64,000 nt of DNA from a virus: IMG/VR virus record IMGVR_UViG_3300027804_003127. One strand, 5' to 3'. Both the position numbers and the translations under genes were made by a program. Below the pieces are notes generated by a model that saw only the letters and a list, made by a program, of their open reading frames with translations, was not told the origin of the DNA and ran no database searches. Numbering within the stretch: the first letter of the stretch is position 1; each line of letters opens with the position of its first letter. Shown here in pieces: positions 1 to 8,622 of this stretch.

Positions 1-780
1 ATAAGCATCTAAAGTGCTATTTATTCCAGATATAGGAGCTACTGCTTCTTGCAATAATGCAAGACCTTTATAGAATTCATTTGGATTCCAGTGCTGTATG
101 GTGTTATCTTTTTCTGTTAATTTTGCTATACCTTCACCAGCTACGTATCCAGTAAGTCCTCCTGCCAGACCTGCACCTGCAACTCCTAGCCAATTTATTT
201 TTGGCTTTCTTGGTCTTCGTGGCTTTGGTGGTGTAGGGGGTGGTGTAGGGGAAGGTGTAGGGGAAGGTGTGGGTGAAGGTGTAGGTGAAGGTGTAGGTGA
301 AGGTGTAGGTGAAGGTGTAGGTGAAGGTGTAGGGGAAGGTCCAGTTCCTAATTTATTTAAAATTGCAGCATAATTTTGAATACTTAGATTATTCGTAGGA
401 TCAGCTATTTTTCCAGTTTTAACATTCTTTATTGCGAATAAACCGCTCCCTGGAGATGGAGTAACTGTTTTTTTACCAGTTGTTGGATCTTTGCCAACAG
501 CGATCTCCAAGACTTCATATCCTTGAGGGACAGCCCTACTCCTATAGGCAAGCAATGCAGCTACATATGATGGATCTTTAAGTTTGCCTTGATTCTCATC
601 AAACAACAATCTTGCCCCAACAGTAGTTGCACCAGCACCAGCACCAGCACCTAATGCTGTTTTGATTATCCCATTTTCTTTATAAAAAAGATTGTTTTTA
701 ATTCCTGAATTAAGCCACTCTTGGGAGCTTAACTTTACCATAGTTTTATTTTGATTTGCCAGTTTTATTAAACGTGCCAT
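1..780 (-). CDS. Partial (runs off window edge) putative internal head protein with Pro/Ser/Thr linker; not in the ORF track
   Basis: ATG at 780 (minus) with GAGGG upstream. Reads MARLIKLANQNKTMVKLSSQEWLNSGIKNNL...IIKTALG...(PSPT)n...GAGLAGGLTGY with no stop to position 1. Paralogous to 839..1624 (KxSxxxWxxxGIxN and GAGLAGG segments). Confidence 0.8.
   Translation of the reverse strand, partial: MARLIKLANQNKTMVKLSSQEWLNSGIKNNLFYKENGIIKTALGAGAGAGATTVGARLLFDENQGKLKDPSYVAALLAYRSRAVPQGYEVLEIAVGKDPTTGKKTVTPSPGSGLFAIKNVKTGKIADPTNNLSIQNYAAILNKLGTGPSPTPSPTPSPTPSPTPSPTPSPTPSPTPSPTPPPTPPKPRRPRKPKINWLGVAGAGLAGGLTGYVAGEGIAKLTEKDNTIQHWNPNEFYKGLALLQEAVAPISGINSTLDAY
230..340 (-). repeat. 12-nt coding tandem repeat (GGTGTAGG[T/G]GAA on +) encoding a PSPT linker
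   Basis: About 9 near-identical units visible in the sequence. Confidence 0.9.
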
Positions 781-838
781 TTTTGCCCTCTTTTATAAAC
801 CATTTTTTAAAAATAAATTTGATATAATCCTTTAATTT

Positions 839-1624
839 TTATAAATTCTTACTTATGTAATCAAGCTCTTTAGCTATTTCTTTTCCCATATAGTCAAGAA
901 CAGAACTTATTCCAGATATTCTTTTTATATTAGATATCATAGCTGCAGACCCAGCGTTAAATCCCGATTTACCATGAGAATAATTATCTAATGCTTTTTT
1001 CCTAACGGTCCTGTCTGCTTGCATACTTTCTTTAGCCTTATTTATTAAATAGCTACTGGCAAGCCACCCAGTTGCTCCACCTGCTAAACCAGCCCCAACT
1101 CTTCCAAGTATTGGGGCACCTTTTTGATTAATAAAGTCTTTTATTTTAGAACTTCTTTGATTTTTTAATAATTTTCTTAATTCAGAATCTGAATATAGAC
1201 CTATTTCGTCTGAAAGAAGATTTGGATTTTTTCTTAGAATCTGTTCTAATACTACATTTCTTTTATTTTCAGGCATTTTAGCTATTGTATCTAATGTTAT
1301 TGGAGAACCTTTATACAAAATTGTGGATAGAACTTTATTTTGCTCATTAGGACTTAATGCTTTTAATGCAGCCATTAATGTTGCAGCACCTATAGCTGAT
1401 TCTACATATTGACCTGACTTATCTTCTTTTTCTTTTTCTTTTTCTTCTTCTTCATTTGGTTTTGTGTTTTTGTTTTTATCTTTATTAAAAAAAGACAACA
1501 AAGAACCATTTCCTCCTGTGGTAGGAATCGGTATGTCAAAATCAACCTGAGCATATTTGTGGATGGGAATCCAACCATTACTTATGCCTGTTTCTATCCA
1601 TTGTTTTTTAGATATTTTAATCAA
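839..1624 (-). CDS. Putative internal head protein (paralog of 1..780)
   Basis: ORF 839..1663. Likely TTG start at 1624 overlapping the upstream TGA. LIKISKKQWIETGISNGW...HKYAQ motif. Confidence 0.65.
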   Translation of the reverse strand: MIKISKKQWIETGISNGWIPIHKYAQVDFDIPIPTTGGNGSLLSFFNKDKNKNTKPNEEEEKEKEKEDKSGQYVESAIGAATLMAALKALSPNEQNKVLSTILYKGSPITLDTIAKMPENKRNVVLEQILRKNPNLLSDEIGLYSDSELRKLLKNQRSSKIKDFINQKGAPILGRVGAGLAGGATGWLASSYLINKAKESMQADRTVRKKALDNYSHGKSGFNAGSAAMISNIKRISGISSVLDYMGKEIAKELDYISKNL

Positions 1625-1956
1625 GGTAAATTGGTTCCCCTGCGCCAAGCCTTGCAGCTCCAATATCTTGCAGAAGTCCTATCTTTTGCTGTATCGCATT
1701 TATGCCTAGCTAAAAAACTCTTCTGCCTTGATGGCTTGTTTCTTTTTATGCTTAAAGTCTTTTCTCCTTTAGCTTTGGCACTTGATCCGCCGTGTCCGAA
1801 ATTAACTTTTTTAACATTTCCACTTTTAGGATCTTTTACGTATACCTTAAATTTCTTAACATCACCCTTCATTATTTTGCCAAGCTGAACATCTTTACCC
1901 TTATGCTTTGCAGCTTCTTTTTTCATTTCATAATTTTCTGAATTGAATTCAAGCAT
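1621..1956 (-). CDS. Small basic conserved phage protein (KKVNFG...SFxARHKC...RYWSCKxW family), probable nucleic-acid-binding virion protein
   Basis: Motif pattern common in large phages; AAGGAG RBS upstream; N-terminal MKKEAA motif. Confidence 0.75.
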   Translation of the reverse strand: MLEFNSENYEMKKEAAKHKGKDVQLGKIMKGDVKKFKVYVKDPKSGNVKKVNFGHGGSSAKAKGEKTLSIKRNKPSRQKSFLARHKCDTAKDRTSARYWSCKAWRRGTNLP

Positions 1957-1967
1957 AAATATCTCCT

Positions 1968-2003
1968 TAAAAAGAACAGTACGGTTTTTTACGCCGTACT
2001 GTC
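1968..2003 (-). terminator. Rho-independent terminator
   Basis: 9-bp stem ACAGTACGG/CCGTACTGT (1976-2002) followed on the minus strand by TCTTTTT, downstream of ORF 2048..2713. Confidence 0.6.
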
Positions 2004-2047
2004 TATATCCCCTTTATTGTATTATATAGTATTTATTATTTTATGAA

Positions 2048-2713
2048 TTATGGGGACTTGCGGGGTGTGTAATCTGCCATTATGCTTACTGTTATATCGT
2101 AAAAATGCTTTCTCCACTCTGCAGAAGTAACATATTTATATTTTAAATTTCCATTTTCTTTCATTTTATGTATAAAATCATTGACATCTAAACCTTCTTC
2201 GTATGCTTTCATGATTTCAGAAGTTACTGGTGGAGCATTAATTCCTTTTGGAGTATCCTTTCGTACAACAAGAACTTTGTCATTTTCAGGCCTTTGTGTT
2301 ACATCAACATCAACTATTCTTATAGTTTGTAGCGGAAATGCTTCAATATCTTCAATATCAAACACTACTTTAAGACACGCTTTTCTAAATTTATCATTTA
2401 TTAATGATTCTATAGATTTACTTAAGTTTTGCCTCCAACTTTCAAAAGCTATTACTTCTTCATGAGTTGGATCATTGGTATTACCTAAATAATCTATTAT
2501 AGATTTACAATGATTTAATCCGTCTGCGTCAAAGCAAAATTGAGTATTCCATGGCTTTGAGCACACCATTTTGCCTTCTTTTAAATGAAAATCAACATTT
2601 ACTTGATTCCTAGGGAATTTAGTATCTGACATAGTGATGTATATTTCATTAGCAACTAATTTAGTTAAATCTTCCGACAAAAAAGTTTGAACATTATTAT
2701 TTAATACAGACAT
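2048..2713 (-). CDS. Hypothetical protein
   Basis: ORF 2048..2725; likely ATG at 2713 with GAGGT SD. Confidence 0.7.
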   Translation of the reverse strand: MSVLNNNVQTFLSEDLTKLVANEIYITMSDTKFPRNQVNVDFHLKEGKMVCSKPWNTQFCFDADGLNHCKSIIDYLGNTNDPTHEEVIAFESWRQNLSKSIESLINDKFRKACLKVVFDIEDIEAFPLQTIRIVDVDVTQRPENDKVLVVRKDTPKGINAPPVTSEIMKAYEEGLDVNDFIHKMKENGNLKYKYVTSAEWRKHFYDITVSIMADYTPRKSP

Positions 2714-3593
2714 GTTATACCTCAAAGAGATTAATTTCGAAAACTTCTGTGGCTATAAGGAAATAAATTTATCGTTTATGAACGAAAGAAATTTTATTCC
2801 CTTGTCTGTCTTTTTCGGTCCAAACGGCACTGGTAAAAGTACTATACTAAGTGGAATAAGAATAATATCTAATCCATATCAATTTTACGGAAGAGAAAAT
2901 GATTTATATTTTAGAAAAATGATATTTCATGAAGATTATGATCCAACTTATTCTGGTTTTATTGCTAGTAGTAGAAAATTAAGTTTAAAAGGTGTCTTTT
3001 TTGACAACACAGGGAAAGAGTATTTTTCTCATATTGATCAAAATGGTATTGTTGAAACAACACTTCCTAGATACAACTCAGATCAAGAAGGTTGGTCTAT
3101 TTTTACCGATGCAGATCATCCAATTAATTTAAATAAGTTTCAACTTAAATGGGAAGCAGCTGATAAATTCCTAGAAATTGCTTCGTATGTATATGGACTA
3201 CCTATAGAGTTAGGAAAAACTGTAGAGACACATGATCTTAATGATACCGCTAAATTTTATCAAGATCTAATTATACATAAAAAAGAAGTAAAAGTACATT
3301 TCAAAAGAATGAGTGATGGAGAAAAGAAAATAGCAACATTGCTAAGAACAATTTGTAATGAATCTGTTATGAACCCAAGTAAAATATGTCTTATAGATAA
3401 TGCTGAAATGCATATATATTTCAAGAGACATCCAGGGCTTGTTAAAAGACTTATTAATAATTTTCCTGACACACAATTTATTACGACTTCACATAGCTAT
3501 AATTTTATTCAAGCGGTCAAAGAAAGCTCAGGAGACAATTCTTTGTTTGACTTAGAGAAGTTTCATGGGTTTGATATAGTAAGGTATGAATAA
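2712..3593 (+). CDS. ABC/SMC-like (AAA_21/OLD-type) ATPase
   Basis: N-terminal LKEINFENF, Walker A GPNGTGKS, signature MSDGEKK, Walker B CLIDNAEMH, H-loop TTSHS. Confidence 0.85.
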   Translation: MLYLKEINFENFCGYKEINLSFMNERNFIPLSVFFGPNGTGKSTILSGIRIISNPYQFYGRENDLYFRKMIFHEDYDPTYSGFIASSRKLSLKGVFFDNTGKEYFSHIDQNGIVETTLPRYNSDQEGWSIFTDADHPINLNKFQLKWEAADKFLEIASYVYGLPIELGKTVETHDLNDTAKFYQDLIIHKKEVKVHFKRMSDGEKKIATLLRTICNESVMNPSKICLIDNAEMHIYFKRHPGLVKRLINNFPDTQFITTSHSYNFIQAVKESSGDNSLFDLEKFHGFDIVRYE

Positions 3594-4095
3594 CCACTGA
3601 ACCCGAAGGGTTCTGTGCCGAGACGCGAAGCGTCGAGGGGTAATTAAAGAGAATGTCGTCATCTTCGATGACTCCATGAGTCGATCTCATTCCTGCGTCA
3701 TGAGATCGAGGCTCTACAAAATCCGTTTCTGTTTAGTATCACTTGTAAGTGATACTATTGTCCCCAGTCAATCGCCACTCTATAATACATTCTAAGAATT
3801 TTTCATATAGAGGACACACTCCCATCTTTCTTAGAAAGCCGTTTCTGTTAATAAATTAAAATTATATAAAAGACCAATTATACAAACGTATGTATCAGAG
3901 GAATTATGCAGATTCCTTGGTTTCTGTCCAGTAGTCGAACCTATTTGGGTTTTAGCCTGACGATTCTTCCGCCGCGTCTGGAGACACGCTACCAGGATAG
4001 TTGGGACGTTATCCTCTGGCCGATTTTATCCTGTGCCACAATGTAATTCAAATATGTTATCTCAAACTGCAAACTCGAGATTAACGTTTCTCGGC
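3594..4095. ncRNA. Candidate structured non-coding element (ncRNA or ssDNA/origin hairpin array), family unknown
   Basis: About 500 nt with no credible ORF and higher GC than the flanks. Perfect hairpins at 3599-3613, 3622-3634, 3658-3672, 3681-3709 and 3734-3757, an imperfect stem at 3992-4019, and a possible pseudoknot at 3778-3836. Confidence 0.5.
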
Positions 4096-4139
4096 AAAAA
4101 AAGAAGTAAAATTTTGCATAAGATGGTAATAAAAATGTT

Positions 4140-4325
4140 ATGAGTTTATCTTTATATCCTAATGTGATTAATAAAAATATATTTGTTTCAGACACAGCGC
4201 CTTCTTACGCTGTTTCTGGAGATAATTGGTTTAATACATTAAATGGTGTCTTATTAGTGTTTATAAGAGATGATAATGGTAATGGCTACTGGATTGAAAC
4301 TGGATCTTCAGTTAAAACGGGATAA
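4140..4325 (+). CDS. Small tail-fibre-module protein
   Basis: Single SDTAP...GDNWFNT..G......DDNG..YW module, shared with the next two genes. Confidence 0.6.
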   Translation: MSLSLYPNVINKNIFVSDTAPSYAVSGDNWFNTLNGVLLVFIRDDNGNGYWIETGSSVKTG

Positions 4326-4327
4326 AA

Positions 4328-4615
4328 ATGTTTAATTTTCCAGATCCAAATTCTCAAAATACTTTTTCATTAGGTGAAAAAACATGGAAATGGAATGGTT
4401 CATATTGGGAGATCGTAAAACAAATCGTTGTTAGCGATGGTATAAAATATTATCAACAAGACGATGCTCCTTCTGGAGTGAACTTAGGAGATAGATGGCT
4501 TAATACTCAAAATCTTACAGAATATGTATATGTCCAACTTCAGTCAGATCCTGATGAGTTTGGATGGATGGATTTAACTGGCGATTATCCAGGAGAGGCT
4601 TTTTTAGGAGGATAA
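4328..4615 (+). CDS. Small tail-fibre-module protein
   Basis: FNFPDP...KTWKWNGSYW module plus a DAPS...GDRWLNT module. Confidence 0.7.
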   Translation: MFNFPDPNSQNTFSLGEKTWKWNGSYWEIVKQIVVSDGIKYYQQDDAPSGVNLGDRWLNTQNLTEYVYVQLQSDPDEFGWMDLTGDYPGEAFLGG

Positions 4616-6829
4616 ATGGCAACCGCATTAAAATCTACAGGTTTTCCGCGCAGTCCTTCCAATGGGGATGAGTACAGCGTTAATGGTAAAAAATGGAGAT
4701 ACAATGTAAATATTCCAGGCTGGGAAGCCCTACAAATAACAGATGTAAAGTCTATAAAAAAAGACACAACTAATAACCAAGTTTTATTTGGAAATGAAAA
4801 CTCATTAGGCAGCACTTCTTTCACTATTGGTGACAACATAGAACTTAATGCTATAACTAAGACCATATCTGTAGTTGATGGAATTAGCAGTGGATTAGAT
4901 GCTGATTTAGTTCAAGGCATAAATGGATCTTATTTAAATAACAATCTGAGATCAGGTGTTTTGTATGGCGGAGTATTGTCTGTTAATGTTTCAGATCCTT
5001 CTAAATTTGACATCAGTGCAGGTTCTGGTGTAATAATCAGTCAGACTGGTGGTGGAGCTTCTGGTATATCAGATCCTGTTACTGGGTCTTTGGTTGTTTC
5101 TTGGTCGTCTCAATCATCAATAAGTTTATCTAATATATCTTCTGCGGATACAACATGGATCTATGTTAATTCAAATGGAGTAATAGGTCAGCAGACTGGA
5201 GTTTTTAGCTCAGAAAACTACAAAGAATATATTGTTATAGGCGCTGTTGTTCATCCTAATAGGTCTACAATATCTTTTACTTCTAATTTATCAAATGTTG
5301 TTTTTGGGTCATTACATCAGTATGATGAATTTATAAGAAGCTTAGGTCCTGCTAAAATATCTGGACATAGAATTTCTGCTAATGGCTCAAATATGAAGTT
5401 GAATCGCAGCTCAGGTTATTCGTATTTAATAGGATCTAATTATGTTTTAGATTCTGGTCATCCAAATATAAAATTTGATTCTGGCTATTCAGATCCATCT
5501 ATACATAGATATTATTCTGATGGTTCTTCTGGATTCAATATAAATATATCTTCATCAGTTGATGGTTCTAAATATGACAATGGATCAGGTACTTTGCAAA
5601 ATGTATCTTCTTATGAATGGTCAATACAAAGAATGTTTTATTATCCAGGTCAAACTGGAATATTGATAATATATTACGGTAATTCAGTATATGCTTCATT
5701 GTCAGATGCCATTTCTTCACTGGTAGAAGAAAACTTTAATGAATCCACAAATACAAAATCAAATGCGATATTTTGTGGATGGATAATAGTAAAAGGTTCT
5801 GCAACTCAATTAAACAATTCTTCTGATGCAAAAATAATACAAGCAAGTATATTTAGAGAAGTAGTTTCTGGAGTCGGTTCAGGCGGTAGCTCAATATCGT
5901 TTATATCTGAATTGTCGGATGTGGAAACTTCGTCGCCATCAGTTGGTCAACTTTTAGTTTGGGACGGTTCAAACTGGACAAATCAAACACTTACAGGAAA
6001 GATATCCTACGTATCATCACCTTCGGCTCCTAATGTTGCTTTGTATAATGCTGGTGACAGATGGTACAATACATCAACAGGCATAGAATATACGCTTATA
6101 AATGATGGAGATGATCTATATTGGGTAAATATATACATAAGTCCAAATGAAGATTATATAATGAGTGAATTGACGACTTTTATGAAATACGTCAGTTCGC
6201 CTACAGCTCCAAGCGTTAGTCTATATAAAACTGGTGACAAATGGCTTAATACTTCTACAGGAACAGAATTTACTCTTATTGATGATGGTTCTGGTACTCA
6301 ATGGGTTAATCTAAATACTAATTTTATATCTCACATACATCCTATTTCTGAGATAACAGGTTTACAGGGCGAATTGGATTCTAAAATAGAGTTTTCTTAT
6401 GACCCATATTCTCCTGTTTCTCCAAATTTAGGTGACAGATGGATAGACTCAGATACTGGAGAAGAATATGTATATGTTTATGATGGAATATCGTATCATT
6501 GGATTCAGCCATCTTCAAGTACTTTTTATGGTGCAATAACTTTTAACACAACAATTGTAAATTCATCTTCTTATTATTCTACTAGTACTGATTATTACAT
6601 TGGAGTTAATTATTCTGGACTTGTTACAATTATTCTTCCTCAAAATCCATCTAATGGAAGAATAATAATAGTAAAAGACGAAAGTGGTGAAGCAGGTTTT
6701 TCAAGTAGAATGATTACAATACAACCTTATGATGTTTTAGATACTATTGACAACGATTCATCAGCAATAATAAATATCAATAATGGCGGTATTCAGTTCA
6801 TATACAGAAATGGTTGGAGAATAGTATGA
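4616..6829 (+). CDS. Tail fibre / virion appendage protein
   Basis: SGLDADLVQG, ELSDVETSSPSVGQLLVWDGSNW, three GD[RK]W repeats and a C-terminal LP.NPSNGR.I.VKDESG domain, all typical of phage fibre proteins. Confidence 0.75.
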   Translation: MATALKSTGFPRSPSNGDEYSVNGKKWRYNVNIPGWEALQITDVKSIKKDTTNNQVLFGNENSLGSTSFTIGDNIELNAITKTISVVDGISSGLDADLVQGINGSYLNNNLRSGVLYGGVLSVNVSDPSKFDISAGSGVIISQTGGGASGISDPVTGSLVVSWSSQSSISLSNISSADTTWIYVNSNGVIGQQTGVFSSENYKEYIVIGAVVHPNRSTISFTSNLSNVVFGSLHQYDEFIRSLGPAKISGHRISANGSNMKLNRSSGYSYLIGSNYVLDSGHPNIKFDSGYSDPSIHRYYSDGSSGFNINISSSVDGSKYDNGSGTLQNVSSYEWSIQRMFYYPGQTGILIIYYGNSVYASLSDAISSLVEENFNESTNTKSNAIFCGWIIVKGSATQLNNSSDAKIIQASIFREVVSGVGSGGSSISFISELSDVETSSPSVGQLLVWDGSNWTNQTLTGKISYVSSPSAPNVALYNAGDRWYNTSTGIEYTLINDGDDLYWVNIYISPNEDYIMSELTTFMKYVSSPTAPSVSLYKTGDKWLNTSTGTEFTLIDDGSGTQWVNLNTNFISHIHPISEITGLQGELDSKIEFSYDPYSPVSPNLGDRWIDSDTGEEYVYVYDGISYHWIQPSSSTFYGAITFNTTIVNSSSYYSTSTDYYIGVNYSGLVTIILPQNPSNGRIIIVKDESGEAGFSSRMITIQPYDVLDTIDNDSSAIININNGGIQFIYRNGWRIV

Positions 6830-8046
6830 GTTATTTGTTTAATGATCAAGTCGCTTTTAGAGGTGATGCCATAGATGCATTCGGTAGGCTTAAAGTAAGT
6901 CAGCCATTTACTCTTTTTGATTCTCAACACAGGTATCAAGAAAATGACAAATGGGATACTTCAACATCCTCAGGGGGTTCAACTTCATACGCAACAAATG
7001 AAAGTTGCATAAACGTATCTGTTACTACAGCTTCTGGATCTAAGGTAACTAGAGAAACAAAAAGGGTATTTCCATATCAGCCAGGCAAATCATTATTAAT
7101 TTTTAATACTTTTGTATTTGCTCCTAAGAAGACAAATTTAAGACAACGTATTGGATATTTTGGCACTCAAAATGGCATATATTTAGAGCAAAGTGATAAT
7201 ACGGTATACCTTGTTTTGCGCACATATACAGGTGGATCTGTTGATGACACTACGTATAGAGTTGCCCAGTCTTCTTGGAATGGAGATAGGTTTGATGGTA
7301 CGGGTTCTAGTGGAGTCACATTAGATTTTACGAAGGCTAATATTTTTTGGATAGATATTGAATGGCTTGGTGTTGGTGATGTCAGGGTTGGTTTTGCTGT
7401 TAATGGAAGACCTGTGGTTGCACATACGTTTTATAATGCAAATCTAAGAACTACCACATATATGACTACCGCATCTTTGCCACTAAGATTTGAGATAGAA
7501 AATACAGGTACAACGGATTCCGTTTCATCTGCAAAGCATATATGTAGTAGCGTAATGTCAGAAGCTGGCTACGAAGGGTTTAGTAGAAGATTTAATGTTA
7601 CAAAAAATGGATCAACTGCAACTACCTTAACTACAGGTGGGACTCAGTATCCAATGGTTTCTGTTAGACTTAATTCTAGTCGTCTTGATTCTATAATAAT
7701 ACCATCTAATATAAGTTGCGTTCTTGAAGAAACCACTAGTAATAAGCCTGATACTGTTTTATATAGAATATTACTTAATCCCACATTAACCAATGCAAGC
7801 TGGTCAACTCACTACAATGGAAACGTTGATTATGACATAAGTGCAACAGCTGTTTCTGGTGGTACTGACATAATAGGTGGATATATAAGCAGTAGCGGAA
7901 GTCTTTCAGTTTCTAATATAAATGACTTTAATTTCCAGATTGGTAGAACACAGGCTGGTGTAAGTGATGTTTTTACTCTTACTTTTACACCAGTGAATGC
8001 AGGAGCAAAAGTATTTTGTGATTTATCCTGGTTTGAAATAGTATAA
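6826..8046 (+). CDS. Conserved phage virion protein (DAFGRLxVS.P.TLFDS family), probable beta-sandwich/lectin-like fold
   Basis: ORF 6814..8046; likely start MSYLF at 6826 overlapping the previous stop. Confidence 0.65.
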   Translation: MSYLFNDQVAFRGDAIDAFGRLKVSQPFTLFDSQHRYQENDKWDTSTSSGGSTSYATNESCINVSVTTASGSKVTRETKRVFPYQPGKSLLIFNTFVFAPKKTNLRQRIGYFGTQNGIYLEQSDNTVYLVLRTYTGGSVDDTTYRVAQSSWNGDRFDGTGSSGVTLDFTKANIFWIDIEWLGVGDVRVGFAVNGRPVVAHTFYNANLRTTTYMTTASLPLRFEIENTGTTDSVSSAKHICSSVMSEAGYEGFSRRFNVTKNGSTATTLTTGGTQYPMVSVRLNSSRLDSIIIPSNISCVLEETTSNKPDTVLYRILLNPTLTNASWSTHYNGNVDYDISATAVSGGTDIIGGYISSSGSLSVSNINDFNFQIGRTQAGVSDVFTLTFTPVNAGAKVFCDLSWFEIV

Positions 8047-8082
8047 AATAGGAAATATATAAATATATAAATATAATATATT

Positions 8083-8580
8083 ATGCCATTAATTAATTTT
8101 CCATCATCTCCTTATACAGGTCAAACATACACTTTCAATGGTAGAACATGGGAGTGGAATGGGTACGCATGGGATGTAGGTGTTGCAATTTCTGGAGGAG
8201 GTGGCGGTGGCGGCGCGGATTATCTTTCCGATTTAAATGACGTAGAATTGCTAGACCCGTATGTCGGACAGGCTTTGGTGTATAACGGAGCATACTGGGA
8301 AAACGAATATGTTGTTAACACAGTAAACGGAATAAATGGTGATGTAGTAGCTCTTTCAGATATGCCTACAGTCATCTCAGGTGTAAATTTTGATGCTAAC
8401 TTAGGTACAATATCAAATTTAAATATAATTCAAGGTAATAATGGTTCTTCAAGTGTTTTAACTATCATTGGAGATTTAATTGTAACAGGAAATATTACTG
8501 CTACAACTCCAGGCACTACTATAGAGGGTGATACGATAGATACTAATCTAGAAGATATAGACGGAGGAACTTACGCTTGA
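8083..8580 (+). CDS. Tail-fibre-associated protein
   Basis: INFPSSPYTGQTYTFNGRTWEWNGYAW, LSDLNDV repeat, C-terminal IDGGTYA. Confidence 0.7.
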   Translation: MPLINFPSSPYTGQTYTFNGRTWEWNGYAWDVGVAISGGGGGGGADYLSDLNDVELLDPYVGQALVYNGAYWENEYVVNTVNGINGDVVALSDMPTVISGVNFDANLGTISNLNIIQGNNGSSSVLTIIGDLIVTGNITATTPGTTIEGDTIDTNLEDIDGGTYA

Positions 8581-8622
8581 TTCAGGTAGAAAGATAAGTT
8601 AAAAAAGCAAATAGGAGTAAAC

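Noticed and set aside
98-373. + strand ORF with GVGE repeats
   Set aside because: Antisense shadow of the minus-strand gene 1..780 (PSPT linker), which has an RBS and paralogous motifs.
3900-3990. tRNA-like GGTTCGACT (minus strand, 3941-3933)
   Set aside because: No acceptor stem, D arm or anticodon arm could be built around it; kept only as part of the structured tract.
3989-4195. 68-aa minus-strand ORF
   Set aside because: No RBS or motif; overlaps a plus-strand gene and the hairpin tract.
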